DNA of 32,000 bases, taken from contig NC_002677.1 of assembly GCF_000195855.1 (NCBI RefSeq), positions 210,001 to 242,000 of the forward strand. The letters are read 5' to 3'. Position numbers and translations under genes: made by a program. The number at the start of each line of letters is the position of its first letter. Position 1 is the first letter of the stretch. Positions 1 to 11,452 of this stretch are shown piece by piece. The notes under the pieces are model-generated. The model worked only from the letters and a program-made list of their open reading frames with translations. It was not told where the DNA came from and did not search any database. The stretch comes from Mycobacterium leprae TN. GTDB taxonomy: Bacteria; Actinomycetota; Actinomycetes; Mycobacteriales; Mycobacteriaceae.

Positions 1-320
1 GCAGGTTGCCAAGATCTCGCCGTTCGCCGTAACCGGGAAGTTATTTGTACGAACAGCTTAGTACCGGCATGACGCGATGGTGTCGATGCTGTCCGACGGT
101 CCATCAGCCAGGGGGCTGCCATGCTTAAAAAGGAGCCATGCTTAAAAAGGAGAAGCGATCCGTGCTACAGGTGCATGCACGTACCGGGGTGTCGTGCCCG
201 GAGTGGGAAGATACCGTGCGTGAAGTGTCGTTCTCGGACAAGTCTTTTCAGTACTGTCCAACGTGCCAGACCGGTGGCAAGGTGTTGGCCAACCGGCACA
301 TGTCGCTGCTGCTTATGTAG
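1..320 (+). pseudogene. C-terminal remnant of Fpg/Nei-family DNA glycosylase (Rv0944-like), frameshifted
   Basis: Frame 2 reads QVAKISPFAVTGKL and HDAMVSMLSD; 138..320 reads CPEWEDTVREVSFSDKSFQYCPTCQTGGKVLANRHMSLLL, a zinc-finger tail of the Fpg/Nei type (..YCPTCQ). Several frame changes are needed. Confidence 0.75.
119..152 (+). repeat. 17-bp perfect tandem duplication (ccatgcttaaaaaggag x2)
   Basis: 119-135 and 136-152 are identical; a 17-nt unit shifts the reading frame. Confidence 0.95.
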
Positions 321-334
321 TTGATGTGCCACCC

Positions 335-700
335 TGGGTTGCTCTCCAGAAAATCCTCATCAATGGTGCCAGTTCCGTCCTGGGCGCTGGGATGGCACAT
401 TCTCTCGCTTCCACGAGTCGTTACCTGTCGCTGTGTGCCCGTCGCGTCGATAAGTTGGACGAAGATGCAAAGATGTGCTATCATTGCCCTCAAGATTGCG
501 GTCGCTGCGTTGGACGTTCACCACCATACGCAGATGTCGTAAGGTGTTCTGCGAACTCAGTGATGATCCTGGCAGGAATGTCCCGCATTGTTGTCGCTGG
601 TCAGCTATTCGTAAGGGAGCCCGGCTCGGCTCCGGCAAGCTGTAGGCCAATAAAGGCGACTGTTGACACCAACTTGGTGACCTCCCTAGTGTAGATTGAC
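335..700 (+). pseudogene. short-chain dehydrogenase/reductase remnant (Rv0945-like)
   Basis: Fragments KILINGASSVLGAGMAHSLAS..YLSLCARRVDKL, ALKIAVAALDV and KATVDTNLVTSLV across shifted frames; TGASxGxG-like Rossmann motif. Confidence 0.7.
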
Positions 701-1149
701 ACTACACTGGATATGTTCACAAAAAGCGGCTCGGGGAGCCATCTGGTGCCCGTGTTTTCGGTACTCAGTGACAAAAAGGGTAGATGACCTTAAAAATATT
801 CCGCCACAAGCAAAGTCAGAATGCACTCACTGGGAGGATTTTTGTGCGCCAAATAACTCCAAATAACTTAAGTGGCTCGATTAAGATCTCGGTGGTGGAG
901 AAGGGCTACATATAAACAGAGATGGCGGCCAAATCAGCTAGCACAATGTTTATGTGGTAGACAATGCAACTGGCGTTAAGATGCTTGTCGACGCGACAGA
1001 ACGCGATCCCGGTCGGGTGAGGGTGCTATGGTGGCCGTGAGCGACGCTGGTATCGCTGCAGCGCTTCTCCTGGCTGAGATCGTAAGGGGTCTGTACAACG
1101 ACACGCTGCATTGGGGGAGCATTTTGCGGACACTCGCTGCGTAAGCACG

Positions 1150-2814
1150 TCAGCTCGTACGCCCTCGTTCTGTCCGGTAGCGACGAACCAGCGTATCAGT
1201 GGAGCTGTCCAACTGTTGCGCGGGCGAGGCGTTGCCAGTAATTACCGGAAGCAGTGCTTCGGCTTGTTTCTTGCCCAGCTCCACACCCCACTGGTCGAAC
1301 GAGTCGATGCCCCAAATCACGCCCTCGGTGAACACCTGATGCTCGTAGAGTGCTATCAGTTGGCCCAACACCGACGGGGTGAGTCGGTTGGCCAGGATCG
1401 ATGTTGTCGGACGATTTCCAGGCATTACCTTGTGTGGAACAACTTCGGCGGGTGTACCTTCTGCTGCGATTTCTTCCGCAGTTTTGCCGAATGCCAGCAC
1501 TTGGGTCTGAGCGAAGAAATTGCTCATTAACAGATCGTGCATGCTGCCGATGCCATCGACAGTTGGCAAATCGTCGATAGGTTGGCTGAATCCGATGAAA
1601 TCGGCCGGAACCAGCCGGGTGCCCTGATGCAGCAACTGGTAAAAAGCGTGTTGACCATTGGTTCCCGTTTCGCCCCAATAGATTTCACCGGTATTGGTAG
1701 TGACTGGCGTGCCGTCAGCGCGCGTCGACTTACCGTTGGATTCCATAGTTAGCTGTTGCAGATAGGCCGCGAAACGCGCCAAGTCGTTGGAATACGGCAG
1801 CACGGCTCGTGATTGTGCACCCAAGAAATCAGAGTACCACAGTCCGATCAGGCCGAGCAGCACAGGAGCGTTGGACTCCAATGGCGCGTTCTGGAAATGT
1901 TGGTCAACGATGTGGAAGCCGGACAGGAAATCAGCGAAAGACTCTCGCCCGACGACCGCCATCAGCGACAGCCCGATCGCCGAATCGACCGAATAACGGC
2001 CACCAACCCATTCCCAGAAGCCGAACATATTAGCCGTGTTGATACCGAAGTCCTTAACCAGGCGTTTGTTGGTAGAGACAGCGACGAAATGCTTGGAAAC
2101 GGCGGCTTCGCCAAGTGCGTCGGTCAGCCAGCGCCGCGCAGCGGTGGCGTTGGTCAATGTTTCCAGCGTAGAGAACGTCTTCGATGCTACGATGAAAAGC
2201 GTTGTGCCAGGCTCTAAATCTGACAATTTAGCAGTCAGATCGGCGGGATCGATGTTGGACACGAAACGCGCCGAGATCCCCGCGTCGGCATAGTGGCGCA
2301 GTGCCTGGTAAACCATAACTGGACCCAGGTCTGAACCACCAATGCCGATGTTGACGACAGTGTTGATACGTTTCCCGGTGGCTCCGGTCCATTCGCCGCT
2401 GCGTAGCCGGTCGGTGAAGTCACCCATGACGTCCAGTACCGCGTGTACGTCCTGGACCACGTTTTGGCCGTCGACGATCAGTTCGGTGTCTCGGGGTAGC
2501 CGCAGCGCGGTGTGTAGCACCGACCGATTCTCCGAGGTGTTGACGTGTACGCCGGCGAGCATCTGGTCGCGGCGTTGTTCAAGGTTGGCAGCTCGGGCCA
2601 GATCTACCAGCAGCTGCACCGTATCGTGGGTGATGCGATGTTTGCTGTAGTCGATGTAAAGATCTCCGACTGTGATCACGAGCTCGCGGCCGCGATTGGG
2701 ATTATCGGCGAAGAACTGGCGTAAATGGGTTGCCCCGATCTCATCGTGATGCCTGCGCAGAGCGTCCCACGCCGGGGTGGCAGTGATGTCGGGGATTGCT
2801 TGCATGGAGGTCAT
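1150..2814 (-). CDS. pgi: glucose-6-phosphate isomerase
   Basis: 554-aa uninterrupted ORF with typical PGI sequence ([18 protein letters not shown]; [13 protein letters not shown]; [13 protein letters not shown]; [10 protein letters not shown]). Confidence 0.97.
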   Translation of the reverse strand: MTSMQAIPDITATPAWDALRRHHDEIGATHLRQFFADNPNRGRELVITVGDLYIDYSKHRITHDTVQLLVDLARAANLEQRRDQMLAGVHVNTSENRSVLHTALRLPRDTELIVDGQNVVQDVHAVLDVMGDFTDRLRSGEWTGATGKRINTVVNIGIGGSDLGPVMVYQALRHYADAGISARFVSNIDPADLTAKLSDLEPGTTLFIVASKTFSTLETLTNATAARRWLTDALGEAAVSKHFVAVSTNKRLVKDFGINTANMFGFWEWVGGRYSVDSAIGLSLMAVVGRESFADFLSGFHIVDQHFQNAPLESNAPVLLGLIGLWYSDFLGAQSRAVLPYSNDLARFAAYLQQLTMESNGKSTRADGTPVTTNTGEIYWGETGTNGQHAFYQLLHQGTRLVPADFIGFSQPIDDLPTVDGIGSMHDLLMSNFFAQTQVLAFGKTAEEIAAEGTPAEVVPHKVMPGNRPTTSILANRLTPSVLGQLIALYEHQVFTEGVIWGIDSFDQWGVELGKKQAEALLPVITGNASPAQQLDSSTDTLVRRYRTERGRTS

Positions 2815-2871
2815 GGTTTTGACCCTAGTTCGCTTTGACGCTACGGTGCAGTTAGACCAAGTTTAGCGCGT

Positions 2872-3087
2872 TTAACCGGCGCCCATTACACGCTTTACAC
2901 GCTGCAAATCTGACTGCATGGCCTGTAATTGTCGACCCCAGTATGCCCAGGTGTGGGTGCCGTTGTCCGATACGTTGAACAGCCAAGTCTCTGCTCTAAA
3001 GCTGGCTTGTTTCCGGCATATACACTCAACACCTATGTCATTAGCGACCAGCTGCATGACATTGACTGCTGGATTGTTGTGGATCAA
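2872..3087 (-). pseudogene. C-terminal remnant of mycolyltransferase (antigen 85-like; Rv0947c-like)
   Basis: The minus ORF ends with NGTHTWAYWGRQLQAMQSDLQRV, resembling the Ag85 C-terminal NGTHSWxYWxxQLxAMxxDLQ block; no full esterase domain is present. Confidence 0.65.
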
Positions 3088-3174
3088 TACGAGATATTGC
3101 CCACGATGTGACCGCTGGACGCTGCAATATGCTTTACCCGAGCTGCTGGTGCACCTATACGGGTCTTGCTGGCA

Positions 3175-3492
3175 TTAGTGGCCAAGCCGGCCTCTGCCTA
3201 ATCGTAACAACAGTATTGCCAGATCCTTACCATCAGGACCGAGCTCACTATAGCGTTCGATGACCTTCATCTCGCGGCTATGTACCAGGCGAGTGCCGCC
3301 AGACGCCATTCTTACCTTCCCGATCGCCTGGGATACTTCGGCACGCCGCTTTACCGTAGCGAGAATCTGAGCGTCTAACCGGTCGATCTCTTCGCGCAAC
3401 TCCTCGATGTCGGTCAGGAGCGGCGCTTCGACCACCTCAGTGTTCATCTCTGTTAACTCCGCGTTCTCGTGATGTGGGGGTTCTGGTCTCAT
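3175..3492 (-). CDS. chorismate mutase, AroQ-type short intracellular form (Rv0948c-like)
   Basis: 105-aa ORF: LREEIDRLDAQILATVKRRAEVSQAIGK..RLVHSREMKVIERYSELGPDGKDLAILLLRLGRGRLGH. An internal ATG at codon 16 (3447) is an alternative start. Confidence 0.93.
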   Translation of the reverse strand: MRPEPPHHENAELTEMNTEVVEAPLLTDIEELREEIDRLDAQILATVKRRAEVSQAIGKVRMASGGTRLVHSREMKVIERYSELGPDGKDLAILLLRLGRGRLGH

Positions 3493-4271
3493 TCGGTATC
3501 AGACCTCACAAAGAGAGTTGAACCCCGAAGCCGGAAGCGAACCCCGGGGCTCTGCGAAAGCAGCTACACCACGGGCACCGTTAGCCCGTACCCGTAGAAA
3601 AATCGGCGGTACACCTCGTGGGTTGAGAGCTGCATGGGGCGCTGCTTGTTGAACACAAAAATAAGTGTGCCACTCACGGCCGGGCTGGTGCAAAATCGCG
3701 ACTCAAATTTTTGGTGTGAATGTGAAGAAGTTTAGCATGACGTCGGTAGCGTTCGGCGACTGATCGCAAGGCATACGGGTCTTCAGTAGCTTGGATTTCG
3801 ATGCTCAACGAGCATGCTGCGATACGACAGCCTCCGGAATGCAGTTGATGGACAGCCCTGGACACACACCGCCAGATGACCTTAAATCTCAAACTGTGTT
3901 CTCACTTGGGCCGCCAAAATGGTCTGAGGTGGGCTTTTGACAGGATTTGTGTCGACGCTTCGAGTGGCAGCTGCCTGAGATGACTAGCCAATGAGTTTAG
4001 GTGCGGCTCCATAAATTCAACTTGGATAACAACATCGGGATTGTGCGGAAGCACATGACTGGAGTACAGCAACAGCATATGGCTCAGGCAAACCGTTCGA
4101 CTGACCAGGGCAACAACGCCATGGCCGGGTGCCTAGCGGATTGCCCCGGTGCCTTCTCTGAGCGCTCGGCCAGCTTCACGCTCGGTTAGCACGAGCCCCG
4201 GCGGGTCAGATCATGCTCGCTGTGTAGCCTGGCCAGCCGCCATAGGCGTACGGCGGTAGATTTGAAAGTAC

Positions 4272-6608
4272 ATGAGTGTGCACACGACAGATGCCAAGCC
4301 CGACTCTGAAGTAGATCGGCTGCTTGACGGCCTTAACCCGCAGCAGCGCCAGGCGGTGGTACATGAGGGTTCGCCGCTGCTGATTGTGGCCGGCGCGGGC
4401 TCGGGCAAAACTACAGTATTGGCTCGACGGATCGCTTACCTGATTGCAGCCCGAAGTGTCGGGGTCAGTCAGATTCTGGCCATCACCTTCACCAACAAAG
4501 CCGCTGCGGAGATGCGCGAGCGCGTGGCCCGACTGGTTGGAGACCACACTGGGCCGTCTATGTGGGTGTCGACGTTTCATTCGACCTGCGTGCGCATTCT
4601 ACGTAACCAGGCTTCGCTGATCGGCGGGCTCAACTCCAACTTTTCGATCTATGACGTCGATGATTCGCGTAGCCTGCTGCAGATGATCGGACAAGACATG
4701 GGACTCGACATCAAGCGGTATTCGCCACGGCTGATGGCCAACGCCATCTCCAACTTGAAGAACGAATTGATCGACGCCGAAAGTGCGGTAGCCAACCTGT
4801 CTTCAGACACTGATGACCTGGCTCGCACCGTTGCCACAGTCTACGGCGAATACCAGCGGCGACTGCGGACAGCTAACGCGCTGGACTTCGATGACCTGAT
4901 CGGAGAAACTGTTGGGATCCTACAAGCTTTCCCGCAGATCGCCGAACACTACCGGCGGCGGTTCCGGCACGTCCTAGTCGACGAATACCAAGACACTAAC
5001 CACGCACAGTACGTGCTGGTGCGGGAATTGGTCGGACACGGGGCCAGGAATTCACCTGACGACATGCCTCCGGGGGAGTTGTGCGTTGTAGGCGATGCCG
5101 ACCAGTCGATCTATGCGTTCCGCGGATCCACCATTAGCAATATCGAGGACTTCGAGCGTGACTACCCGGACACCACAACGATTCTGCTGGAACAGAATTA
5201 CCGCTCAACGCAAAACATTCTGTCGGCGGCTAACTCCGTGATCGCTCGTAACTTCGGACGCCGCGACAAGCGCTTGTGGACAGACGCTGGCAAAGGCGAG
5301 TTGATCGTTGGATACGTCTCCGACAACGAGCACGACGAGGCCAAGTTCATCGCCGATGAAATCGATGCTCTGGTCGGGGGTGGCGAGATTACCTACGATG
5401 ATGTGGCTGTCTTGTATCGAGCTAACAACTTATCGCGATCATTGGAGGAAGTGTTTATCCCCACCGGGATTCCGTACAAAGTTGTTGGGGGTTTTTGTTT
5501 TTATGAAAGCAAGGAGATTCGCGACCTTATCGCTTACCTGCGAGTACTAGATAACCCCGGCGATGCCGTCAGTATGCGGCGCATCCTCAACACACCGCGT
5601 CGAGGCATCGGCGATCGTGCCGAGGCTTGTGTGTCGGTGTACGCAGAAAATACCGGAACTAGCTTCGCCGATGCACTACAGGCTGTGGCGGAAGGCAAAG
5701 TGCCCATGCTAAATACCCGCTCGGTGAAAGCGATCGCGGGGTTTGTTGCACTGCTTGACGACCTGCGGTGTCGTGTCGATGACGACCTGGGTGAACTGGT
5801 CGAATCTGTGTTGGAACGCAGCGGATACCTCAGGGAGTTGGAGTCCTCCACGGACCCGCAGGAGTTAGCCCGTCTGGACAACCTCAATGAACTAGTAAGC
5901 TTCGCACACGAATTTAGCACTGAACAGGCTAACGCTGCCGCGCTTGCGAAGTCCTTGCATACTCCCGAGGATGAAGACGTGCCGGATACCGGTGCGTTGG
6001 CGGCGTTTCTGGAAAAGGTGTCACTGATGTCCGACACCGACCAGATCCCCGAGAACAATTCCGGTGTCGTCACACTAATGACGTTGCATGCCGCGAAAGG
6101 ATTGGAATTTCCCGTGGTGTTCGTCACTGGATGGGAGGACGGCATGTTGCCGCACATGCGAACTCTGGGTGATCCGACCGAGCTTTCGGAGGAGCGTCGG
6201 CTGGCCTATGTCGGCATAACCCGGGCACGTCAACGTCTCTACTTGAGCAGGGCCATCACTCGGTCTTCTTGGGGACAGCCCATTCTCAACCCTGAGTCAC
6301 GGTTCCTGCGGGAAATTCCTCCGGAACTCATCGACTGGCGGCGTAGTATTCTCACCGATTCATACAGTACGCCAGCGAGTGGCGCAAGCCGGTTCGGTAG
6401 GGTGCGTCCGTCGTCGATCCGGTCCGGGGCGAGCAAGCGTGCGCTGCTGGTGCTGGCGCCCGGTGATCGAGTGACGCACGACAAGTACGGCCTGGGTCGG
6501 GTTGAGGAAGTTTCCGGGGTCGGTGAATCAGCGATATCACTGATCGACTTCGGCAGTTCGGGGCGAATAAAGCTGATGCACAACCACGCCCCTGTCACCA
6601 AGCTTTGA
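4272..6608 (+). CDS. uvrD1: ATP-dependent DNA helicase UvrD1/PcrA (SF1A)
   Basis: 778-aa ORF with Walker A GAGSGKT, VDEYQDTN, QNYRS and VTLMTLHAAKGLEFPVVFVTGWEDG motifs; the C-terminal tail DRVTHDKYGLGRVEEV is typical of PcrA. Confidence 0.97.
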   Translation: MSVHTTDAKPDSEVDRLLDGLNPQQRQAVVHEGSPLLIVAGAGSGKTTVLARRIAYLIAARSVGVSQILAITFTNKAAAEMRERVARLVGDHTGPSMWVSTFHSTCVRILRNQASLIGGLNSNFSIYDVDDSRSLLQMIGQDMGLDIKRYSPRLMANAISNLKNELIDAESAVANLSSDTDDLARTVATVYGEYQRRLRTANALDFDDLIGETVGILQAFPQIAEHYRRRFRHVLVDEYQDTNHAQYVLVRELVGHGARNSPDDMPPGELCVVGDADQSIYAFRGSTISNIEDFERDYPDTTTILLEQNYRSTQNILSAANSVIARNFGRRDKRLWTDAGKGELIVGYVSDNEHDEAKFIADEIDALVGGGEITYDDVAVLYRANNLSRSLEEVFIPTGIPYKVVGGFCFYESKEIRDLIAYLRVLDNPGDAVSMRRILNTPRRGIGDRAEACVSVYAENTGTSFADALQAVAEGKVPMLNTRSVKAIAGFVALLDDLRCRVDDDLGELVESVLERSGYLRELESSTDPQELARLDNLNELVSFAHEFSTEQANAAALAKSLHTPEDEDVPDTGALAAFLEKVSLMSDTDQIPENNSGVVTLMTLHAAKGLEFPVVFVTGWEDGMLPHMRTLGDPTELSEERRLAYVGITRARQRLYLSRAITRSSWGQPILNPESRFLREIPPELIDWRRSILTDSYSTPASGASRFGRVRPSSIRSGASKRALLVLAPGDRVTHDKYGLGRVEEVSGVGESAISLIDFGSSGRIKLMHNHAPVTKL

Positions 6609-6645
6609 GCCGGCACGGGTCATAACCCCATAAGTCAACGTTTGG

Positions 6646-6987
6646 TTAGCGCGAGTGTAACGCCCTCATTACGCTGCCGGGCGGCAGCAGCGGAAGGGCG
6701 TGCACAATCCACACCACCCGAGCGCCTGGGATGAATATTACTCCCCCGGAGGGCAGCAAGGCGACTATCGCTGGGGATAGAGCCCAATAGAGCAGCATGA
6801 TTATGCCGGCCGCGGTGGATATGACAAACACCAGGGAAAACCCTGCCGTACTGTACTGTAAAACAGCCGATGATCGCTGGCTGACGATGCTGGCCGCACC
6901 GTCGGCGGTCGCCGTACAGCCGCTTGGCTGTCCGGTCGGTGCTTCTCCGGACCTTCGAGCAAGTTCGCTCGAGTGGTGGACACCCAA
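6646..6987 (-). other. possible small membrane-protein ORF or remnant
   Basis: 113-aa minus ORF with a hydrophobic stretch (GFSLVFVISTAAGIIMLLYWALSPAIVALLP); no family recognised and the N-terminal half is unconvincing. Confidence 0.3.
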
Positions 6988-7159
6988 GGTAAGTGGGGGG
7001 ACATGTTAGTGGCCTGAGAATCCGCATCTGAATTCGAACTTGCGGGAATTGATCCTGCCGAGGCGTGTCGGATGATCCTGGTCCGTGAATCCGTTGATCG
7101 ACACTGTAGGGCCGGGTAGTTGTGGGGAGGAAGGTGGATCGTCCTATGCGGTTACAAGG

Positions 7160-8191
7160 TTAACCGGTGTAATTGCCGACGTAGATTCCCCGCTTGGCTA
7201 GCCACGGCACGGGGTCAATTCGTTCACTGCCGCTGAGCAGCACTTCGAAATGCAAGTGCGGGCCGGTGGAGTTGCCTCGGGTACCCATGGTAGCTATCTG
7301 GTCACCCGCCACCACGTACTGACCGACGTTGACCAGCGTGGTGTTGACGTGACCATAGAGTGTGACTGTGCCGTCGGCGTGGCGCAGCTTGACCCACATG
7401 CCGTAGCCGGCTGTCGGTCCAACGTCGATGACTACACCGTCGGACACCGCAAGGATCGGGGTTCCGATCGCGTTGGCCAGGTCGATACCGGCGTGCAGCA
7501 CACCCCAGCGGTATCCAAAATTTGAAGTGAATATACCTTTCGTTGGCATCACATAGAGCGGCTGCGACAGCCGCGCCTCACGTTGAGCACGCTCGTGAGC
7601 GAAAGCTGTGCCTTTGGCGTGCTCCTCGTTGTGCACCGCAGTACTAGCCGCGGGATGGACTGTGATGACCTGAACACCCTGGGTTGCGTCGCTGACCGTT
7701 GCGCCGCTCAGCGCCGATGCGTTGGCGGTCAGCACTGTCTCGGTCTTGGGGATATCGTCATGACTAATGACGGTATGTGCTGCTGTGGCCATTGCTCCGG
7801 CGGCCATTGCCGAGATCAGCAAACGGCCTCTGGTCGCGCTGGTTGGTTGCTTTCGATGCTGGCAGGGTCGGCGCGGCGCGCTGGTGAAGTTCGGGGCAAC
7901 GTTGGCAGACGCTGCTAGCGGTTCCGAAGCCAAGCTGTCGATGTCCTGTAAATCGTCGATCTCTGAAGCCAGCAACACTTGCGTTTCGTTGCAGAAGTTG
8001 TAGTCGTCGTCGCTGAACTGGAGTTCGTCAATTTCGGCGAAATCTAGGTCATAAAGGTCATCGAAGTCGTCAAAGCCGTCGACGGGAATGATTTCGGTGA
8101 CGTCGTTGCGTTGATGATTCAACCAGCGGTTGCGGAATGAGCGCACAGCTTCGGCAGCCATGCAGAAGCGAACGAGATCGTGCTGGGGCAA
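7160..8191 (-). CDS. M23-family metallopeptidase / LytM-domain protein (Rv0950c-like)
   Basis: 343-aa ORF with a C-terminal M23 domain (FGYRWGVLHAGIDLANAIGTPILAVSDGVV ... GHVNTTLVNVGQYVVAGDQIATMGTRGNSTGPHLHFEV) and a putative internal hydrophobic segment (LLISAMAAGAMATAAHTVI). Confidence 0.92.
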   Translation of the reverse strand: MPQHDLVRFCMAAEAVRSFRNRWLNHQRNDVTEIIPVDGFDDFDDLYDLDFAEIDELQFSDDDYNFCNETQVLLASEIDDLQDIDSLASEPLAASANVAPNFTSAPRRPCQHRKQPTSATRGRLLISAMAAGAMATAAHTVISHDDIPKTETVLTANASALSGATVSDATQGVQVITVHPAASTAVHNEEHAKGTAFAHERAQREARLSQPLYVMPTKGIFTSNFGYRWGVLHAGIDLANAIGTPILAVSDGVVIDVGPTAGYGMWVKLRHADGTVTLYGHVNTTLVNVGQYVVAGDQIATMGTRGNSTGPHLHFEVLLSGSERIDPVPWLAKRGIYVGNYTG

Positions 8192-8457
8192 CCTGAATGT
8201 CCTCGGATCGTGACCATAACGTTATCTGGACCCTGAGACGGTATCCGCTAACGGATACCGCTGGCAAATCGGGAACAAATTTCACCCAAAATTGTGATTT
8301 GTATCACTGTACCGAACAGCTAAACAAATTAGTGACCGATATCACATCGGTGGTATGCGGTGACAGCCACCGTTTGGGTATGTGACTACAGTTTCATCGT
8401 GCGAGTTGCCAAATTGGAACCGCCTACACTATTGGCCAATGCGAAGACAGCGAGCCC

Positions 8458-9639
8458 ATGGATCTTTTCGAGTATCAAGCTAAGGAATTGTTCGCCAAGC
8501 ACGGCGTCCCTGGCATACAAGGACGGGTGACCGACAGCGCGGAAGGCGCTAAGACCATCGCCATGGAGATTGGTCGTCCCGTAATGGTGAAAGCTCAGGT
8601 AAAAACAGGCGGGCGAGGCAAAGCGGGTGGCGTCAAATATGCTGCCACCCCAGAAGAAGCCTACCAACAGGCCAAGAACATTCTTGGCCTGGACATAAAA
8701 GGCCATATTGTCAAGAAATTGCTGGTGGTCGAAGCTAGCGACATCGCCGAGGAATACTATCTCTCCTTCCTGCTCGACCGTGCCAACCGAACATACCTTG
8801 CGATGTGCTCGGTGGAAGGCGGCATGGAAATCGAAGAGGTGGCCGCCACCAAGCCTGAGCGACTGGCCAAGGTCTCGGTGGACGCGGTAAAGGGTGTAGA
8901 TTTAGCCTGCGCACGCTCTATTGCGCAGCAGGGCCATCTGCCGGCTGAGGTGCTCGACGCCGCCGCGGCCACCATCGCCAAGTTGTGGGAACTCTTTGTA
9001 GCCGAGGACGCCACCCTGGTGGAGGTCAACCCGTTGGTGCGCACTCCCTCCCGCGGGTACGGAAGCTCGGGCAAGATTTTGGCGCTGGACGGCAAGGTCA
9101 CTCTTGATGCCAACGCCCGCTTCCGCCAGCCCGGCCATGCCGAGTTCGAAGATCGCGCGGCCACTGATCCGCTGGAGTGGAAGGCCAAGCAGCACAACCT
9201 CAACTACATCAAGCTCGACGGTGAGGTGGGGATCATCGGTAACGGCGCGGGTCTGACCATGTCGACCTTCGACGTCGTCGCCTATGCAGGGGAACAGCAC
9301 GGGGGGGTTAAGCCGGCCAACTTCCTCGATATCGGTGGCGGCGCTTCCGCTGAGGTGATGGCTGCCAGTCTGGACGTAGTTCTGGGCGACGTTCAGGTCA
9401 AGAGCGTGTTCGTCAACATATTCGGTGGGATTACCACATGTGACACCGTCGCTACCGGAATTGTCAAGGCATTGGAAATCTTGGGTGATGAGGCCAACAA
9501 GCCTTTAGTGGTGCGCCTGGACGGCAATAACGTCGGTGAAGGCCGACGCATCCTGGCCGAGGCCAACCATCCGCTAGTGATGCTGGTCCCGACGATGGAC
9601 GAGGCCGCTAACAAGGCCGCCGAGTTGGCCCGCACTTGA
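8458..9639 (+). CDS. sucC: succinyl-CoA synthetase (ADP-forming) beta subunit
   Basis: 393-aa ORF: [18 protein letters not shown]; [10 protein letters not shown]; [17 protein letters not shown]-type region; [17 protein letters not shown]. Confidence 0.97.
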
Positions 9640-9658
9640 AAGGACTTGACTGAAAGAT

Positions 9659-10561
9659 ATGGCGATTTTCCTCACTAAAGACAACACAGTCATCGTCCAG
9701 GGTATCACTGGCAGCGAGGCTGCCGTTCACACCGCCCGCATGCTCAAGGCGGGAACCCAAATCGTGGGCGGCGTCAATGCCCGCAAGGCAGGCACCAATG
9801 TAACGCATGAGGACAAACACGGCCGGATCATCACACTGCCAGTGTTTGGCACCGTGGCCGAAGCCATCGAAAACACCGGCGCCGACGTCTCGATCATATT
9901 TGTGCCGCCGCGGTTTGCCAAAGAAGCCATTATCGAGGCCGTCGAAGCAGAAATTCCGCTGCTGGTCATCATCACTGAGGGAATTCCGGTGCAAGACAGT
10001 GTATATGCATGGGCCTACAATCTCAACAAAGGTACTAAGACTCGCATAATCGGCCCGAACTGCCCCGGTATCATTACTCCCGGCCAGTCGTTGGTTGGCA
10101 TTACTCCAGCTACCATCACCGGAGCAGGTCCGATTGGTTTGGTGTCTAAGTCGGGCACCTTGACCTACCAGATGATGTTCGAGCTCAGCGATTTCGGCTT
10201 CTCGACCGCAATCGGTATCGGTGGTGACCCGGTGATTGGTACCACGCACATCGACGCCATCGAAGCCTTCGAACAGGATCCCGACACCAAAATCATCGTC
10301 ATGATCGGCGAGATCGGGGGGGATGCCGAAGAGCGTGCGGCAGACTACATCAAAGCTAACGTGTCCAAGCCCGTTGTAGGATACGTCGCGGGATTCACTG
10401 CGCCGGAAGGTAAGACGATGGGCCATGCTGGTGCCATCGTGTCCGGCTCGTCGGGCACTGCGGCTGTCAAGAAGGACGCCTTAGAGGCAGCGGGAGTCAA
10501 AGTCGGTAAGACTCCGTCGGAGACGGCTGTGTTGGTCCGCGAGATTCTGTGCACCCTGTAA
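9659..10561 (+). CDS. sucD: succinyl-CoA synthetase alpha subunit
   Basis: 300-aa ORF directly downstream of sucC: [19 protein letters not shown]; [19 protein letters not shown]; [34 protein letters not shown]. Confidence 0.97.
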   Translation: MAIFLTKDNTVIVQGITGSEAAVHTARMLKAGTQIVGGVNARKAGTNVTHEDKHGRIITLPVFGTVAEAIENTGADVSIIFVPPRFAKEAIIEAVEAEIPLLVIITEGIPVQDSVYAWAYNLNKGTKTRIIGPNCPGIITPGQSLVGITPATITGAGPIGLVSKSGTLTYQMMFELSDFGFSTAIGIGGDPVIGTTHIDAIEAFEQDPDTKIIVMIGEIGGDAEERAADYIKANVSKPVVGYVAGFTAPEGKTMGHAGAIVSGSSGTAAVKKDALEAAGVKVGKTPSETAVLVREILCTL

Positions 10562-10576
10562 TGGGCTGGCGCAGAC

Positions 10577-11452
10577 CTCTTCCGCCGCTACACTGCAGCG
10601 GTCAGTTTTTCGAATAGTCCCTTGATGTAACCGGGGACCTCATCCTCGGAGCGATCCGGTAGGCCGAACATTACCTCGGTCACCCCGAGCTCGGCCTACC
10701 GCGCTATCATCTTGGGCATCGGCTTGATGTCCAAGGGGCTACAATCTAGTAGAGAGCCGAGCGCAGCAAGCGGCCGCCCAGGTGTCTTCCAGTGGCTGCA
10801 CCGGCTCGTCGATGTCGTAGTCACGCGGAGTCATGATCCAGCTGTCAGTGTCGCAGGAGATCCACGTGAAATTCTTCTCGGTGTTCGCTCCGCCCACTAA
10901 CACAGGAATTTAGAGGCTGCACCGGCTTGATACAGACCCAGCTAGACCCGAACCTGACGAACTCGCCGTCATATAACGGCTTCATTCTTGTGTCCATAAT
11001 GCCTGCATTGCTTCGAGGCATTCGTACACCATGGTGCGGCGCCGCCCGGATGGCACATCGTGATCGGTGAGCTCGTTGGTCTTCCAACCGAACCCGACGC
11101 CGAAGTTCACTCACTCGCCGGACAAATTATCCAGGTTGACAATACTTTTCGCAAGTGTGATTGGGTCATGTTAGACGGGCAGCGCCACCACCATGAACAG
11201 TCGTAGCCTGCCGATATAACCGCGCATGTCGCGCCCAAACTTACCCATGAGTCATAGGTACGCATCGCATATAGCTGTCGTCACTGGACAGTGATACTCA
11301 TCCGTAACCAGGTAGTGGGGTCTGAGTGGCAATGGCATATGGGTGTGTTCGGGCACATAGAACTTGCGGAAGCCGTGGCTCTCCGCAAGCTTGACTGCTG
11401 CCGCGGGGGTGATGCCGCGGTCGTTGGTTAAAAGCGCAATCCCGTAGCCCAT
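10577..11452 (-). pseudogene. LLM-class (F420-dependent-like) oxidoreductase remnant (Rv0953c-like)
   Basis: Minus-strand fragments: MGYGIALLTNDRGITPAAAVKLAESHGFRKFYVPEHTHMP, YDGEFVRFGSSWVCIKPVQP, and C-terminal LGVTEVMFGLPDRSEDEVPGYIKGLFEKLTAAV, in shifted frames. Confidence 0.8.

Noticed and set aside
1111-1530. 139-aa + ORF
   Set aside because: Antisense to the well-supported pgi gene; shadow of high-GC codon bias.
5534-6157. 207-aa - ORF
   Set aside because: Antisense to uvrD1, low-complexity Ser/Arg-rich translation.
9608-10426. 272-aa - ORF
   Set aside because: Entirely antisense to sucD; composition is a mirror of the real gene and shows no recognisable domain.
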